Assembly (NCBI GenBank): GCA_964506245.1
Contig: CAZDKK010000001.1
Span: forward strand, 289-64,288
DNA from: an uncultured bacterium
Lineage (GTDB): Bacteria; Eisenbacteria; RBG-16-71-46; CAIMUX01; WJJG01
Reading direction: 5' to 3'
Length of the DNA: 64,000 nucleotides
Shown: one piece after another, positions 8,850 to 19,800 of the stretch
How positions within the stretch are numbered: position 1 is the stretch's first letter
Layout of the letters: the number at the start of each line of letters is the position of its first letter
The notes under the pieces: model-generated
What the model was told of the DNA's origin: nothing
The model's database searches: none
Seen by the model: the letters and a program-made list of their open reading frames with translations, nothing else
Position numbers and translations under genes: made by a program

Positions 8850-11800
8850 ATGCGGCGAGGTGCAAGCGCGATGGGGCGGAACAGGCCGGGCGGCGCAATC
8901 GAGGCCGCGCAACGGGGACGGAGGCCGGCCGCGCCGCCGAGGGCGGTGGCGCTCGCGGTCCTCCTCCTGGCCGCCATGGCGCTGGTGGCTGGCGCGCAGT
9001 CCGCGCCGGGCCAACCCCCCGCGTTCCCGCCCGGCTGCTGGCCGGGCGAACCCACCCTCCACGCCGTGGCCACCGCCCACCTCGATACCCAGTGGCGTTG
9101 GACCATCCAGGAGACGATCAACGAGTACATCCCGGCCACCCTGGAGCAGAACTTCGCGCTCTTCGAGAAGTATCCCCGCTACGTCTTCAGCTTCGAGGGT
9201 GCCTTCCGCTACCAGCTCATGAAGGAGTACTACCCCGAGGCCTACGAGCGCATGAAGGGCTACGTGCGCGCCGGCCGCTGGGTGCCCAACGGGAGCTGGC
9301 TGGATGCCGTCGACACCAACATCCCCGCGGCCGAGTCGCTCATCCGCCACGCGCTCTACGGGCAGGGCTTCTTCCGCCGCGAATTCGGCCTCACCAGTCG
9401 CGACGTCTTCCTGCCCGACTGCTTCGGCTTCTCCTACGCGCTGCCGGCCATCGCGGCCCACTGCGGGCTGCTCGGCTTCTCCAGCCAGAAGCTTTCCTGG
9501 GGCTCCGCTTATGGCGTCCCCTTCGACGTCGGCCTCTGGGAGGGCGTGGACGGATCGGAGGTCGTCGCCGCCCTGAGGCCCAACGCCTACGTCTCGGAGA
9601 TCAAGAGCGACCTGAGCGCCGACTCCGCCTGGACGGCGACGATCGCCCATCAGGGCGAGCAATCGGGGGTCTGCGTCGGATACAAGTACTACGGTACCGG
9701 CGATACGGGCGGCGGCCCCACCGACGGATCGGTCGCCTGGCTCGAGCGCAGCATGGACGGCGCCGGACCGGTGCGCGTCAAGCCCGCCGGCGCCGACCAG
9801 CTCGCGCGCGACCTCACGGCCGACCTGGCCGGCGCCCGCGGCGGCCTGCCCCGGGGCCTCGAGCAGGGCCTGAGCCTGTCCGATCAGGCTGGCCCGCTGC
9901 GCCGGCTGCCGCGCTATCGCGGCGAGCTGGTGATGACCGATCACGGGACCGGCTGCTACACGTCCGAATCGGCGATGAAGCGCTGGAACCGCAAGAACGA
10001 GCGGCTGGCCGACGCGGCCGAGCGCGCCGCGGTGATCGCCGATTGGCTCGGCGGCTACGCCTACCCGCGCGAGACGTTGCGCGAAGCCTGGACGCGCTTC
10101 CTCTGCCACCAGTTCCACGACGACTTGACCGGCACCAGCATCCCGGAGGCGTACAAGTTCTCCTGGAACGATGAAGCCATCGCGCAGAACCAGTTCGCCG
10201 ATGTGCTCACGCAGGCAGTGGGAGCGGTCAGCCGCGGGCTCGACACGCGCGTCGAGGGCATGCCGGTTGTCGTGTACAACCCCCTGTCGATCGAGCGCGA
10301 GGACGTCGTCGAGGCGTCGGTCACATACCCGGGTGGCCCCCCACAGGCTGTACAGGTGTTCGACGACCAGGGGGTCGAGGTTCCCTCGCAGATCAACGCG
10401 CGCGATGGCGACGGGCTGGAGATTGTCTTCCTGGCGCGGGTGCCCTCCATCGGCTTTGCCGTCTACGACGTGCGACCCGCGCGGGAGGGCTGCCGGCTCG
10501 TGACGGGGCTGCGGGTCGACACCGCCTCGCTCACCAACACGCGGTACGCGGTGCGGCTCGATCTGCAGGGCAACATCGCCGCGATCCGAGACCTGGCCGC
10601 CGGCCGGGAGGTGCTCGCGGGCCCCGCGGAGCTGCAGCTCCTGGCGGACAGCCCAGTGGACTGGGCGGCATGGGAAGTCGACTTCGACGACGTGATGGCC
10701 AAGCCGCGCGAGGTGGTGGGCGTGCCCACCCGGACGCGTGTGGTCGAGTCGGGCCCGGCGCGCGTGACGCTCGAGGTCGTGCGCGAGACGGCGGGGTCGA
10801 TCTTCACGCAGCGCATCCGGCTGGGGGCGGGCGACGCCGGCCAGCGCGTCGAGATCGACACCGAGATCGACTGGCGGACGAAGGGCACGCTGCTCAAGGC
10901 GGCCTTTCCGCTGACGGTTCGCGACGAGATGGCCACCTACGACATCGGGCTGGGCACGATCGAACGCGGCACGAATCGCAAGGAGCTCTACGAGGTGCCG
11001 GGACAGCAGTGGGCCGACCTCACCGACGCCGATGGCAAGTACGGTGTGGCCGTGTTCAACGACTGCCGCTATGGGTGGGATCGGCCCGACGACCACACGC
11101 TGCGCCTGACGCTGCTGCACACGCCGGAGGTCAACGACCGCTGGACCTGGATCGAGGACCAGGCCTCGCAGGACCTGGGGCGGCACCGGGTCCTCTATGC
11201 GCTGGCCGGACACATGGGCGACTGGCGGGCGGGCGACGTCACCTGGACGGCCGAGCGCGTGAACCAGCCGCTGCGCGCGTTCCAGGCCGCACCGCACGAG
11301 GGGAAGCTCGGCCGCCGGTTCTCGTTCCTCACGGTCACAACACCGGGAGAGAGCGCGCCGCTGCCGCGCGTGGCCGTACGGGCGCTCAAGCTGGCGGAAG
11401 AGAGCGATGAGATCGTCTGCCGCCTGCAGGAGCTCGATGGGCGGGAGCACGACGTCGCGGTGGCCCCCTGCGCCTCCATCGAGGCGGCCCGGGAGGTCAA
11501 CGGCGCCGAGGAGCCCGTGGGCGAGATCCCGTTGCGGGAGAAACCGTCGCCGGACCCATCGCCGCGCTCCGATCGCAGGGCGTCTTCATCCAGCGGCGCG
11601 CTCGGCGGGAACCCGAGCTTGCACATGGCTGCCGCAGCGTACCGCCCGCTGGCGCTTGCCGTACGGATCGCGCCCGCGCCGGTGCGCCTCGACCGGCCTA
11701 CGAGTCTTCCCCTCGCGCTGCCGTACAACTTGGACGGCATCAGCAGCGACCTGAATCGCACGGATGGAGACTTCGACGGCAGTGGACACACACTGGCCGG

Positions 11801-13052
11801 CGAGCTGCTGCCGGCCGAGATCGTGACCGGCGGGGTCACCTTCACGACCGGACCGCGGGAAGCGGGTTGGGCCAATGTCGTGGCCTGCGACGGGCAGTCG
11901 GTGCAGGTGCCGGCGGGGGCGTACGACCGCCTCTATCTGCTGGCCGCGGCCGTGGGGGGCGACCGCCGCGCGCAGTTCAGCGTGAACGGCCGGCAGGTCG
12001 AGCTCACCATTCAGGATTGGGCGGCGCCGGTCGCGCAGTGGAACAACCGGCTCGTGGAGGGCGGGCTGACCTCTGATCCGTCGCGCATCGAGCCGGCCTA
12101 CGTCAAGGAGGATCCGATCGCGTGGGTGGGCACGCATCGCCACGGCCCGGCCGGTGACAATCGCGCCTACGAGTTCACGCAGTTCTTCCGCTATCCGATC
12201 GACCTTCCCGCTGGGGGCAAGGGTGGAGTGCTCCGTCTGCCGGACGACCCGCGCATCCGCCTGCTGGCCGTCACGGCCGCGCGCAACGAGAACGACGAAC
12301 TGCGGCCCGCGACCGCGCTCGCGGAGCGCGCCCGCGCGACCTTGGTGCGCTTTGGCAGCGAGCCGCGCGACTTCATCGGATCGACGAACGTCACGCTATC
12401 GTCGCCCAACGGCCTGGCCGAGATCCATTACACGCTCGATGGCTCGCGTCCCACGCCTGACTCGCCGCTCTACACGGGACCCATCCGGCTCGATGACACG
12501 CGCACGGTCAAGGCGCGCGCCTTTGCGCCCGGCTTCGACGATGCCTTTGCCATCGAGGAAACGTACACGCTCCGCCAGCCGCGCGCGTCCGAGCGTGTCG
12601 CGGGTCTCCAGCCCGGGCTGGTGGCGCGCTACTACGAGGGCGACTGGCGGCGGCTGCCGGACTTCGCCACGCTCACGCCACCGCGCACCGACACGGTTCC
12701 CGCGGTCGCGATCCCGCCCTACGCGCGCGCGACGCAGATCGGCCTGACCTTCGTCGGCTTCATCGAGGTGCCGCGCGACGGGGTGTATACGTTCCACCTC
12801 TGGTCGGACGACGGCAGCGCGCTCTTCCTGGGCGGAGAGATGCTGATCGACAACGACGGGCCGCACGGGAGCCGGGAGCGAAAGGCCAACGCGGCGCTCC
12901 TCGCCGGGCATCACCCGATCGAGGTGCGGTACTTCCAGATCGGCGGTGGGGCGGAGCTGGAACTGGAGATCGAGGGACCGGGTCTCCAGTTGCAGGCGGT
13001 GCCGGCCGGGATGCTGTGGTACAGGCCCGAGCAGCTCTACGCGCGGCCCTGA
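8850..13052 (+). CDS. Secreted GH38-family alpha-mannosidase with C-terminal chitobiase/Hex-C-like and PA14 domains
   Basis: N-terminal signal peptide. GH38 N-domain motifs (HLDTQWRW, FSFEGAFRYQLMKEYYPE, FLPDCFGFS). A 1400-aa multi-domain protein. Near the C-terminus a beta-sandwich (YTLDGSRPTPDSPLYTGPIRL) is followed by a PA14-like segment (ARYYEGDWRRLPDF...YTFHLWSDDGSALFLGGEMLIDNDG). RBS upstream. Confidence 0.85.
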   Translation: MRRGASAMGRNRPGGAIEAAQRGRRPAAPPRAVALAVLLLAAMALVAGAQSAPGQPPAFPPGCWPGEPTLHAVATAHLDTQWRWTIQETINEYIPATLEQNFALFEKYPRYVFSFEGAFRYQLMKEYYPEAYERMKGYVRAGRWVPNGSWLDAVDTNIPAAESLIRHALYGQGFFRREFGLTSRDVFLPDCFGFSYALPAIAAHCGLLGFSSQKLSWGSAYGVPFDVGLWEGVDGSEVVAALRPNAYVSEIKSDLSADSAWTATIAHQGEQSGVCVGYKYYGTGDTGGGPTDGSVAWLERSMDGAGPVRVKPAGADQLARDLTADLAGARGGLPRGLEQGLSLSDQAGPLRRLPRYRGELVMTDHGTGCYTSESAMKRWNRKNERLADAAERAAVIADWLGGYAYPRETLREAWTRFLCHQFHDDLTGTSIPEAYKFSWNDEAIAQNQFADVLTQAVGAVSRGLDTRVEGMPVVVYNPLSIEREDVVEASVTYPGGPPQAVQVFDDQGVEVPSQINARDGDGLEIVFLARVPSIGFAVYDVRPAREGCRLVTGLRVDTASLTNTRYAVRLDLQGNIAAIRDLAAGREVLAGPAELQLLADSPVDWAAWEVDFDDVMAKPREVVGVPTRTRVVESGPARVTLEVVRETAGSIFTQRIRLGAGDAGQRVEIDTEIDWRTKGTLLKAAFPLTVRDEMATYDIGLGTIERGTNRKELYEVPGQQWADLTDADGKYGVAVFNDCRYGWDRPDDHTLRLTLLHTPEVNDRWTWIEDQASQDLGRHRVLYALAGHMGDWRAGDVTWTAERVNQPLRAFQAAPHEGKLGRRFSFLTVTTPGESAPLPRVAVRALKLAEESDEIVCRLQELDGREHDVAVAPCASIEAAREVNGAEEPVGEIPLREKPSPDPSPRSDRRASSSSGALGGNPSLHMAAAAYRPLALAVRIAPAPVRLDRPTSLPLALPYNLDGISSDLNRTDGDFDGSGHTLAGELLPAEIVTGGVTFTTGPREAGWANVVACDGQSVQVPAGAYDRLYLLAAAVGGDRRAQFSVNGRQVELTIQDWAAPVAQWNNRLVEGGLTSDPSRIEPAYVKEDPIAWVGTHRHGPAGDNRAYEFTQFFRYPIDLPAGGKGGVLRLPDDPRIRLLAVTAARNENDELRPATALAERARATLVRFGSEPRDFIGSTNVTLSSPNGLAEIHYTLDGSRPTPDSPLYTGPIRLDDTRTVKARAFAPGFDDAFAIEETYTLRQPRASERVAGLQPGLVARYYEGDWRRLPDFATLTPPRTDTVPAVAIPPYARATQIGLTFVGFIEVPRDGVYTFHLWSDDGSALFLGGEMLIDNDGPHGSRERKANAALLAGHHPIEVRYFQIGGGAELELEIEGPGLQLQAVPAGMLWYRPEQLYARP

Positions 13053-13251
13053 GACCGCGGCGGCGGTCCCTTCGGTTCACCCCGGTCAGCGCGGGGGCGC
13101 CACGGGCGCAAGCCGCGAGCTGACCGGGCGGAGCGGCGGGCGCGGGCAGCGCTTGTCCCAGCCCGGACAATCTGCTAGACCCAAGGAGTCAAGACGGCGC
13201 GGGGCGCCGGAGGATGCACAAGTGCGGGCCGCAGCCCGCAGGAGGGAGACC

Positions 13252-14850
13252 ATGAAACGCTGGATGACTATCGGCGCTCTGTTGCTGATCGTTGCGGTGG
13301 CGGGCGTCGTGGGCTGTAGCGACGACGATGATTCGACCAGTCCGGACACAACGGCCCCCACGGTGAGCATCACTTCGCCGACCGCCAATGCCACCGTGCG
13401 GGACTCGGTCATCATCACGGCATCCGCCTCGGACAACCGCGGCATCGCCCGCGTCGATTTCTTCGTGGACGGTGACAGCGTCGGCACCGACGACAGGAGT
13501 CCCTACGCCTGGGTCTGGCGCCTGGCGGGGGAGACCTTTGGGCCGCACACACTCCGGTGCCGGGCGATCGACACATCGGACAACGAGAAGCTCTCGACCG
13601 AGGTGCCGGTCACCATCTCGGATCTGATCCTCACGGCCAACTTCACCAGCGGCTGGCTCCCGCAGAGCCAGGGGACCGGCATGCTCTTCGTCTCCGCGGC
13701 GGATGGCACCCTCCTGGCCGAGCTGACCTGGTCTGAGAGCGGCAGCTTCGCGGTGCAACCGCTCGAGGGTGTGACGCAGGTTCCGGGCAAGGTCAGCGTC
13801 ACGGTCGTTACACACGACGCGACCGGGCAGAGCGTGTCCATCGTGACCAACCGGGGCGTCATGCCCGCGAGTTGGACCTGGCAGGGTCGCCAGCGGCCGC
13901 AGTTCGAGACGCCCTCCGCGATCACCCTGGTCTTCGAGAACAACCCGAACCAGATCGGATACGTCGTCAGCTCCCCCTGGGCGGACGACCAGAATTACAC
14001 GATCAGTCTCCCCAGCCAGCTCGAGTTCCTGCTGCACGACGCCAGCAATGACCTCTTCGTGGTGTACGGCTTGCTCAACGGATCCCCGCGCTACAAGTGG
14101 TTCAACGACGTGACGGTCGGCACGGGCGAGTACACCGCCAACCTCCAGGGTGCGACGGCCGCTGGTAAGAAGTCCGTGGGGCTGCCGGGCGGTAACGCGG
14201 CCCACGTGGCTCGGCTGTACGGATTCCCGGAGGAGGGCAACCACCATGCCGGTGTCTACCTGCTGTCCACCACGGGGTCGAACACGTCGGAGGACGAGGC
14301 CGACCTGTACTACCCGTCCGGTCTGACGGACTTCATGTCCCGCATTCGCGTGGACGCGGGATCCGGAACGAAGTACTGGAGCGAGACCCGCACCGGGTCG
14401 ATGACGACGCTCGAGGCGGACTTCGCCGTCAACAACGGCGACCTGGTCTACGCGGCGCAAGCCCCCACGGGCTTCAGCGCAGCCATCTCCGGGAGCGTCG
14501 ACCAGCTTCGCACCTGTTGGCAGGTGGCTGGCGCGAATACCTATCGCTGGTTCGTCTACAGCGCTCCGTCGGACAAGGTCTACGCGCTGCCCGCGCTGCC
14601 GCCCGACTTCGTCACGCTCTTCGGTGAGGCCGCGGTCGATGCCTTCGTGCTGCAGTACGCGGAGCTGATCGACTACCCGCAGCTCACCACGTTCGACGAG
14701 GTGATCACCACGACCTTCGGGGGTGGTGAGCCGTTCGGCGACGCAGTCAACACCGTGCGGACCACGGGCTTCTGGTCCGCGGCCGCGGAACACATCCAGC
14801 CGGTCGCGCATCACAACGACGCGCGCGACGCCTTCGGAGGCGAGCGCTAG
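13252..14850 (+). CDS. Lipoprotein with N-terminal bacterial Ig-like domain, function unknown
   Basis: ATG at 13252 with a GGAGGGAG RBS. Signal peptide plus lipobox VVGCSDDDD. Ig-like segment (PTVSITSPTANATVRDSVIITASASDNRGIARVDFFVDGDSVGTDDRSPYAWVW). Confidence 0.5.
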   Translation: MKRWMTIGALLLIVAVAGVVGCSDDDDSTSPDTTAPTVSITSPTANATVRDSVIITASASDNRGIARVDFFVDGDSVGTDDRSPYAWVWRLAGETFGPHTLRCRAIDTSDNEKLSTEVPVTISDLILTANFTSGWLPQSQGTGMLFVSAADGTLLAELTWSESGSFAVQPLEGVTQVPGKVSVTVVTHDATGQSVSIVTNRGVMPASWTWQGRQRPQFETPSAITLVFENNPNQIGYVVSSPWADDQNYTISLPSQLEFLLHDASNDLFVVYGLLNGSPRYKWFNDVTVGTGEYTANLQGATAAGKKSVGLPGGNAAHVARLYGFPEEGNHHAGVYLLSTTGSNTSEDEADLYYPSGLTDFMSRIRVDAGSGTKYWSETRTGSMTTLEADFAVNNGDLVYAAQAPTGFSAAISGSVDQLRTCWQVAGANTYRWFVYSAPSDKVYALPALPPDFVTLFGEAAVDAFVLQYAELIDYPQLTTFDEVITTTFGGGEPFGDAVNTVRTTGFWSAAAEHIQPVAHHNDARDAFGGER

Positions 14851-14925
14851 CCGGGCGACGGGATTCCAGCACACGGGCTTGGTCACCTCGCGCCGGCCTG
14901 CGGCGCGTCGCGGGAGATCTATCCC

Positions 14926-16023
14926 ATGAGCCGTATCTCCGATCTGCGCAGTGACACGGTGACCAAGCCCACGCCCGCCATGCGGGCCGCGATGGCGTCG
15001 GCCGAGGTGGGGGATGACGTCTTCGGCGAGGACCCGACCATCCTGCGGCTCGAGGAACGCGCGGCCGGCATCGCGGGCAAGGAGGCGGCGGTCTTCGTGC
15101 CCTCGGGCACCATGGCCAACGAGCTCGCCATCCGCAGCCAGACCAGCGCGGGCGACGAGATCATGCTCGAGGAGCACTGCCACGTCTTCGACTTCGAGTC
15201 GGGAGCCGTGGCCAACATCTGCGGTGTCCTGCCGCGGCAGATCCCAGGCACCCGGGGCGTAATCACCTGGGATCAGATCGCCGAGCGCCTGCGCGGCGAG
15301 AACGAGCACTACGCGCCCGTGACCCTGATCCTGCTCGAGAACACGCACAACCGGGCGGGGGGCGCGATCTTCCCGCTCGAGGAGATGGAGCGCATCGGAC
15401 GCGAGGCGCGGGCCCGGGGCCTGCGGGTTCACGTCGATGGCGCCCGCATCTTCAACGCGGTCGTGGCGACCGGGACCCCGGCGGCCACCTATGCCGCGTG
15501 CGCCGACACGATCTCGTTCTGCTTCTCGAAGGGGCTGGGTGCGCCGGTGGGGTCGGCCCTGGTGGGATCGCGCGAGACGATCAAGCGCGCCCGCCGCTTC
15601 CGCAAGATGTTCGGCGGCGGGATGCGGCAAGCGGGCATCATCGCGGCCGGGGCGCTCCACGCGCTCGAGCACCACATCTCGCGCCTGGCCGAGGACCATG
15701 CGCGGGCCCGCCGGCTGGCGGAGGGGATCGCCTCGCTCCCGGGCTTCGGGGTGTGGAACAATCCCCCGGACACCAACATGGTCTTCGTGGACGTGCTTCC
15801 CGTTGGGGCTGCACAAAGCCCTTCCAGTGCGGTGCCGCGAGAAGGCGCAGCGTCCGGTCCCCGGACCGCGCCGGAGGTCTGCGCGGCCCTGCAGGAGCGG
15901 GCTGTCCTGTGCCTGCCGGTGAGCCCGAGCCGGATCCGGCTCGTTGTTCACCTGGATGTCGACGATGAGGACATCACCCGCGCGATCGCCGCCTTCGGGG
16001 ACGTAGGGGCGGCGCGCGGATAG
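14926..16023 (+). CDS. ltaE: Low-specificity L-threonine aldolase (PLP-dependent)
   Basis: MSRISDLRSDTVTKPT N-terminus and the PLP lysine region (FCFSKGLGAPVGSAL) fit the LtaE family over the whole length. A low-complexity insertion of about 25 aa lies near the C-terminus. Confidence 0.9.
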   Translation: MSRISDLRSDTVTKPTPAMRAAMASAEVGDDVFGEDPTILRLEERAAGIAGKEAAVFVPSGTMANELAIRSQTSAGDEIMLEEHCHVFDFESGAVANICGVLPRQIPGTRGVITWDQIAERLRGENEHYAPVTLILLENTHNRAGGAIFPLEEMERIGREARARGLRVHVDGARIFNAVVATGTPAATYAACADTISFCFSKGLGAPVGSALVGSRETIKRARRFRKMFGGGMRQAGIIAAGALHALEHHISRLAEDHARARRLAEGIASLPGFGVWNNPPDTNMVFVDVLPVGAAQSPSSAVPREGAASGPRTAPEVCAALQERAVLCLPVSPSRIRLVVHLDVDDEDITRAIAAFGDVGAARG

Positions 16024-16466
16024 GGGTCGCTCCCTCGAGATTCCCCGCACGGGAGTTGAAGGACCTTCCCCCGGGCGATCCCAGCCGAAAAAACGCAGGA
16101 ATCCCCCCACCTGCATCCGTCTCTCTCGAACACAGAGGCCGCGGAATCCGTCTATACTGTGGTCGTGCGACCTTACCTGCGCCTGCCCGGCATTTGCGCC
16201 GGGGTGATGGAGCTAGGGCCGGCGAGGGAGGATCGGACCACCGGCCGTGGGCACGCGGTCGCGGCTCGGGCTCGGTGATGACAGACCCCCCCCAGAAGGA
16301 CAGCAGAGCGGAAGGGTCCGGAAGCGTTCTCCTGATTCCCCCCTTAGGAAAACGTGAGCTGTTCATTGCCCTTCGCTCAGGACACGCCTGAGAGGTTTGG
16401 CATTTACTTGTATTCGTTACCGTTACCCCCCAAAGACCCCGGCCGGTAAGTCAGGAGGATCTGGCG

Positions 16467-16787
16467 ATGAACTCGAGAACGAAGGGAACCCGCGGGGCCG
16501 CGCTATCGGTGCTGGCACTGGCGGTGATCATGGCCAGCGCGCTGGCGTGGGCCGCCCCCGGTGCGGTCCAGCCGCCGGCGGACACGGGGAGGGATGCCAG
16601 GACCGCCCAGGTCTCGGCTCCCGCCCAGGCTGACCAGGACGATGTCGGCATCTGGCGCGACACGAGCCGCGGCGAGGACCCGGGCACGACGGACGGCGAC
16701 CCCGACATCCCGATGGACTCACCGCGCACCACCATCGAGTTGCTGCGTATCCGACTGATGGTGCTCATGGCGGCACTGGGGTTCTGA
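16467..16787 (+). CDS. Small secreted/membrane-anchored hypothetical protein (106 aa)
   Basis: N-terminal signal peptide (ALSVLALAVIMASALAWAAPGA), an acidic middle and a hydrophobic C-terminus. It ends 20 nt upstream of the large sigma54 activator gene on the same strand. Confidence 0.35.
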   Translation: MNSRTKGTRGAALSVLALAVIMASALAWAAPGAVQPPADTGRDARTAQVSAPAQADQDDVGIWRDTSRGEDPGTTDGDPDIPMDSPRTTIELLRIRLMVLMAALGF

Positions 16788-16807
16788 ACACAGGCGGGGG
16801 GGAGGCC

Positions 16808-19800
16808 ATGGCAGAGGCCAACCGCGAACGCAACGGTACGACCCGCGGGCCCGGTGCCAAAGGGCCCCATGAGGCCTCGGGTGCTCCGCCCGGGGGTTTG
16901 CGCGAGGAGATGGACCGGCTGGTCCAGGTTGCGGAGTTGCACCTGGCGGCCGATGACACCCAGGCCGCCCTCGAGGTCCTCAGGCGAGCCGAGGGCTTGG
17001 CGGTCGAGGGGCAGGCCGATCCCGCCTGGACGGCGGGGATGAAGATCCGCCTGGCGGATTGCCTCCGCGGCCGGGGGGAGTTTTCCGCGGCGCTGGAGCA
17101 GGTGCAGCAGGCCATCGACTTGATCGCCGACCAGGGCGATGGGATCGTGCGCGGCAAGGCGCTGGCGCGAGCGGCCAGCCTGCATGTCCGGCTGGGAGAC
17201 TACGCCAGCGCACAGGAGTGCGCGTCGACGGCCTACGAGCTGCTCCGGACCACCGGCGAGCACGCCGAGATCGGCACGCTCGAGCTGACGCTCGGCACGA
17301 TTCACATGCGCACCGGGCAGGTCCGCCGAAGCCAGGAGTTCTTCGAGAGCGCGTTGTTCACGTTCCGTCGGATCGGGCACCGCGAGGGCACCGCCAAGGC
17401 GCTCAACAACCTTGGCATTCTCCTCAAGAACGGTCCCCGCTGGAAGGATGCGCTCGACTACCTGCGGCAGACGCTGGCGATCAGCGAGGAGATGGGCAAT
17501 GCGGGCAACATCGCCATGCATTGCGGCAACCTCGGTGTGCTCTATTCGAAGATGTGCGACTGGAAGGAGGCCGAGCGCGCGCTCGTCCGCGGGATCTCGA
17601 CCTGCAAGGAGATCGGCAACAGCTTCACCGCCACCTGCTGTCACCTCGCGCAGGGCAACCTCCAGCGCCGGCGGGGGCGGTACGCGCGTGCGGCGGAGTC
17701 CTACGCCCAGGCGCGGCAACTGGCTGAGCAGAACAAGTACGGCCGCGAGATCGTGCTCTGCTGGGAATGCGAGGGCGACCTGCTGGCCGACGAGGGCAAG
17801 CTGGACGAGGCCCGCGCTCACCTCGAACGTGCGCTCGAGATGGCCAGGGCCGTGGCGCCCAGGGGTGACCTCACGCCCGAGATCGAGCGCCGGCTGGCGG
17901 CCATCGCGCTGCGCAAGGGCGAGGCCGCCGAGGCCGAGCGCCTCACCACCCGGGCCTATCGTGGGGCCCGACAGGTCGGGGACAACGTCGAGGCCGGCGC
18001 CGCGCTGCGCATCCTGGGGGATGCCTACGCCCGTCAGGGCAAGCACGCAGCGGCCAGCCGTGTTCTCCAGCGGGCCGTGGAGATCCTGGGTCAGACCCCC
18101 GACGCCTACGAGCTGGCCCTGGCCAGGATCAGTTGGGGCCGATGCCTGGGGCGTCCGGAGGCCGCCAAGCCTCACGGCGACGGTCACGGCCAGCGGTTGA
18201 AGGCTGCCGATCAGCTTCAACGCGCGATCGAGTTCTTCCTCTCCGTCGAGCTGACGGGCCAAGCCGCCGAGGCGGTGGTCGAGCTCGCCGAGGTACGCGC
18301 CGGCCAGCGCGATCTGGAGGGCGCGCTGCGGGACATCGCCCGCGGCCGCAGCCTCGCGGAGCAGGCAGATCGCCGGGACGTGATCGAGCGGCTGGATCGG
18401 GCGCGCGCGGCCCTGGAGACGCAGTCGGCCGAGGTGGCCGTCCTGAAGTCGCCCGAAGTCGAGATCATCCAGGACTGGAGCCGGTTCTTCTCCGAGGGCG
18501 GGGCGGACGAGGTCCGGCTCGAGGGCATGCTGCGCTTCGCGCTCGAACGCCTCGAGAGCAGCCGGGCCCTGCTGGCCGCGCCGGCCGCGCCGGGCGGGCA
18601 GCCGGCCGTCGTGGCCAAGGTGGGCCTGCAAGACGGGCAGGGCGATGCGATCCTGCGCGCGATCCTCCCGCACGTCGAAAGCCGAGGGTTGATCCTGGCC
18701 GGCGGGATCGCGCACGACCCGCGGTTTGCCTCCGAGGCGGAGGGTGCCTTTGCGGGCGTCCGCTCCTTCGCCAGCCTGTCGCTGAGTCTGCCCGAGGGCA
18801 AGGGGGTCCTCTACATCGACCGGCGCGCGGGCGGCAGCTCGGTGTTCGGGCGCGGGGACCTGCGGGTGCTGAGCGTCGTCTCCGGGCTGCTGGGGCTGGG
18901 GCTCATCCAGATCCGCCGCGAGCGCGAGCTGCAGGCCCAACGGCAGGAGCGCGAGCATCCGGTGCGCACCGGTCCCCTGGCCGACTACGTGACCCAGGAC
19001 GCCGAGGTGCTGCGGGTCTTCGCGCAACTCGAGCGGGTGGGTGACTCGACCGCCAGCATCTTGATCACGGGGGAGACGGGTACGGGCAAAGGCCTCCTGG
19101 CCCAGTGCATCCATCGGGCCTCGGCCCGCCGCGACGGCCCCTTCATCACGGTCAACTGCGCGGCCATCCCCGAGACCTTGCTCGAGAGCGAGCTGTTCGG
19201 TCACGTCGCCGGATCCTTCACGGGGGCGCGGGCCGACAAGCGCGGGCTCTTCGAGGAAGCGGAACGCGGCACGCTCTTCCTGGATGAGATCGGCCGCACC
19301 AGTCTGACGGTTCAGGCGAAGCTCCTGCACGCTCTCGACACGCACAAGATACGGCGTGTTGGGGCGACCCGCGACCATGCCGTCGACGTGCGCGTTGTGT
19401 GTGCAAGCAACACCGATCTCCTGGACGCCATCCGGCGAGGCACGTTCCTCGAGGACCTATTCTACCGGCTGAGCGATTTCACAGTCCACCTGCCGCCGCT
19501 GCGCGAGCGACCGGGGGACATCCCACTGTTGCTCAACAGCTTCTACGACCGCGTCTGCCACGAGCTGGGACGCAAGCCCGCTGGGCTCGATGCTGAAGTG
19601 CGCAAGCTTCTGCTGGAGCACACATGGCGCGGGAACATCCGCGAACTGATCCAGGTCGTGCGCCGCATGGTTGCCCTGAGCCTCGACGGCGAGCGGATCA
19701 CGGCCGACTTGCTGCCGCGCGAGCTGCTGGGGACCGCGGCCCAGCCGGAGCCCGCCCCCGTGCGCAGCCCGAGTCCGCCGGACGAGGGCGTGCCGGGCTG

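Noticed and set aside
16395-16415. A sigma54-like TGGCAT-N4-TTGT upstream of the small secreted protein/EBP genes.
   Set aside because: The GG-to-G spacing is 11 rather than 12 nt and the -12 element is TTGT rather than TTGC. Sigma54 promoters are intolerant of spacing changes. It is kept only as a comment in the 16024-19996 finding.
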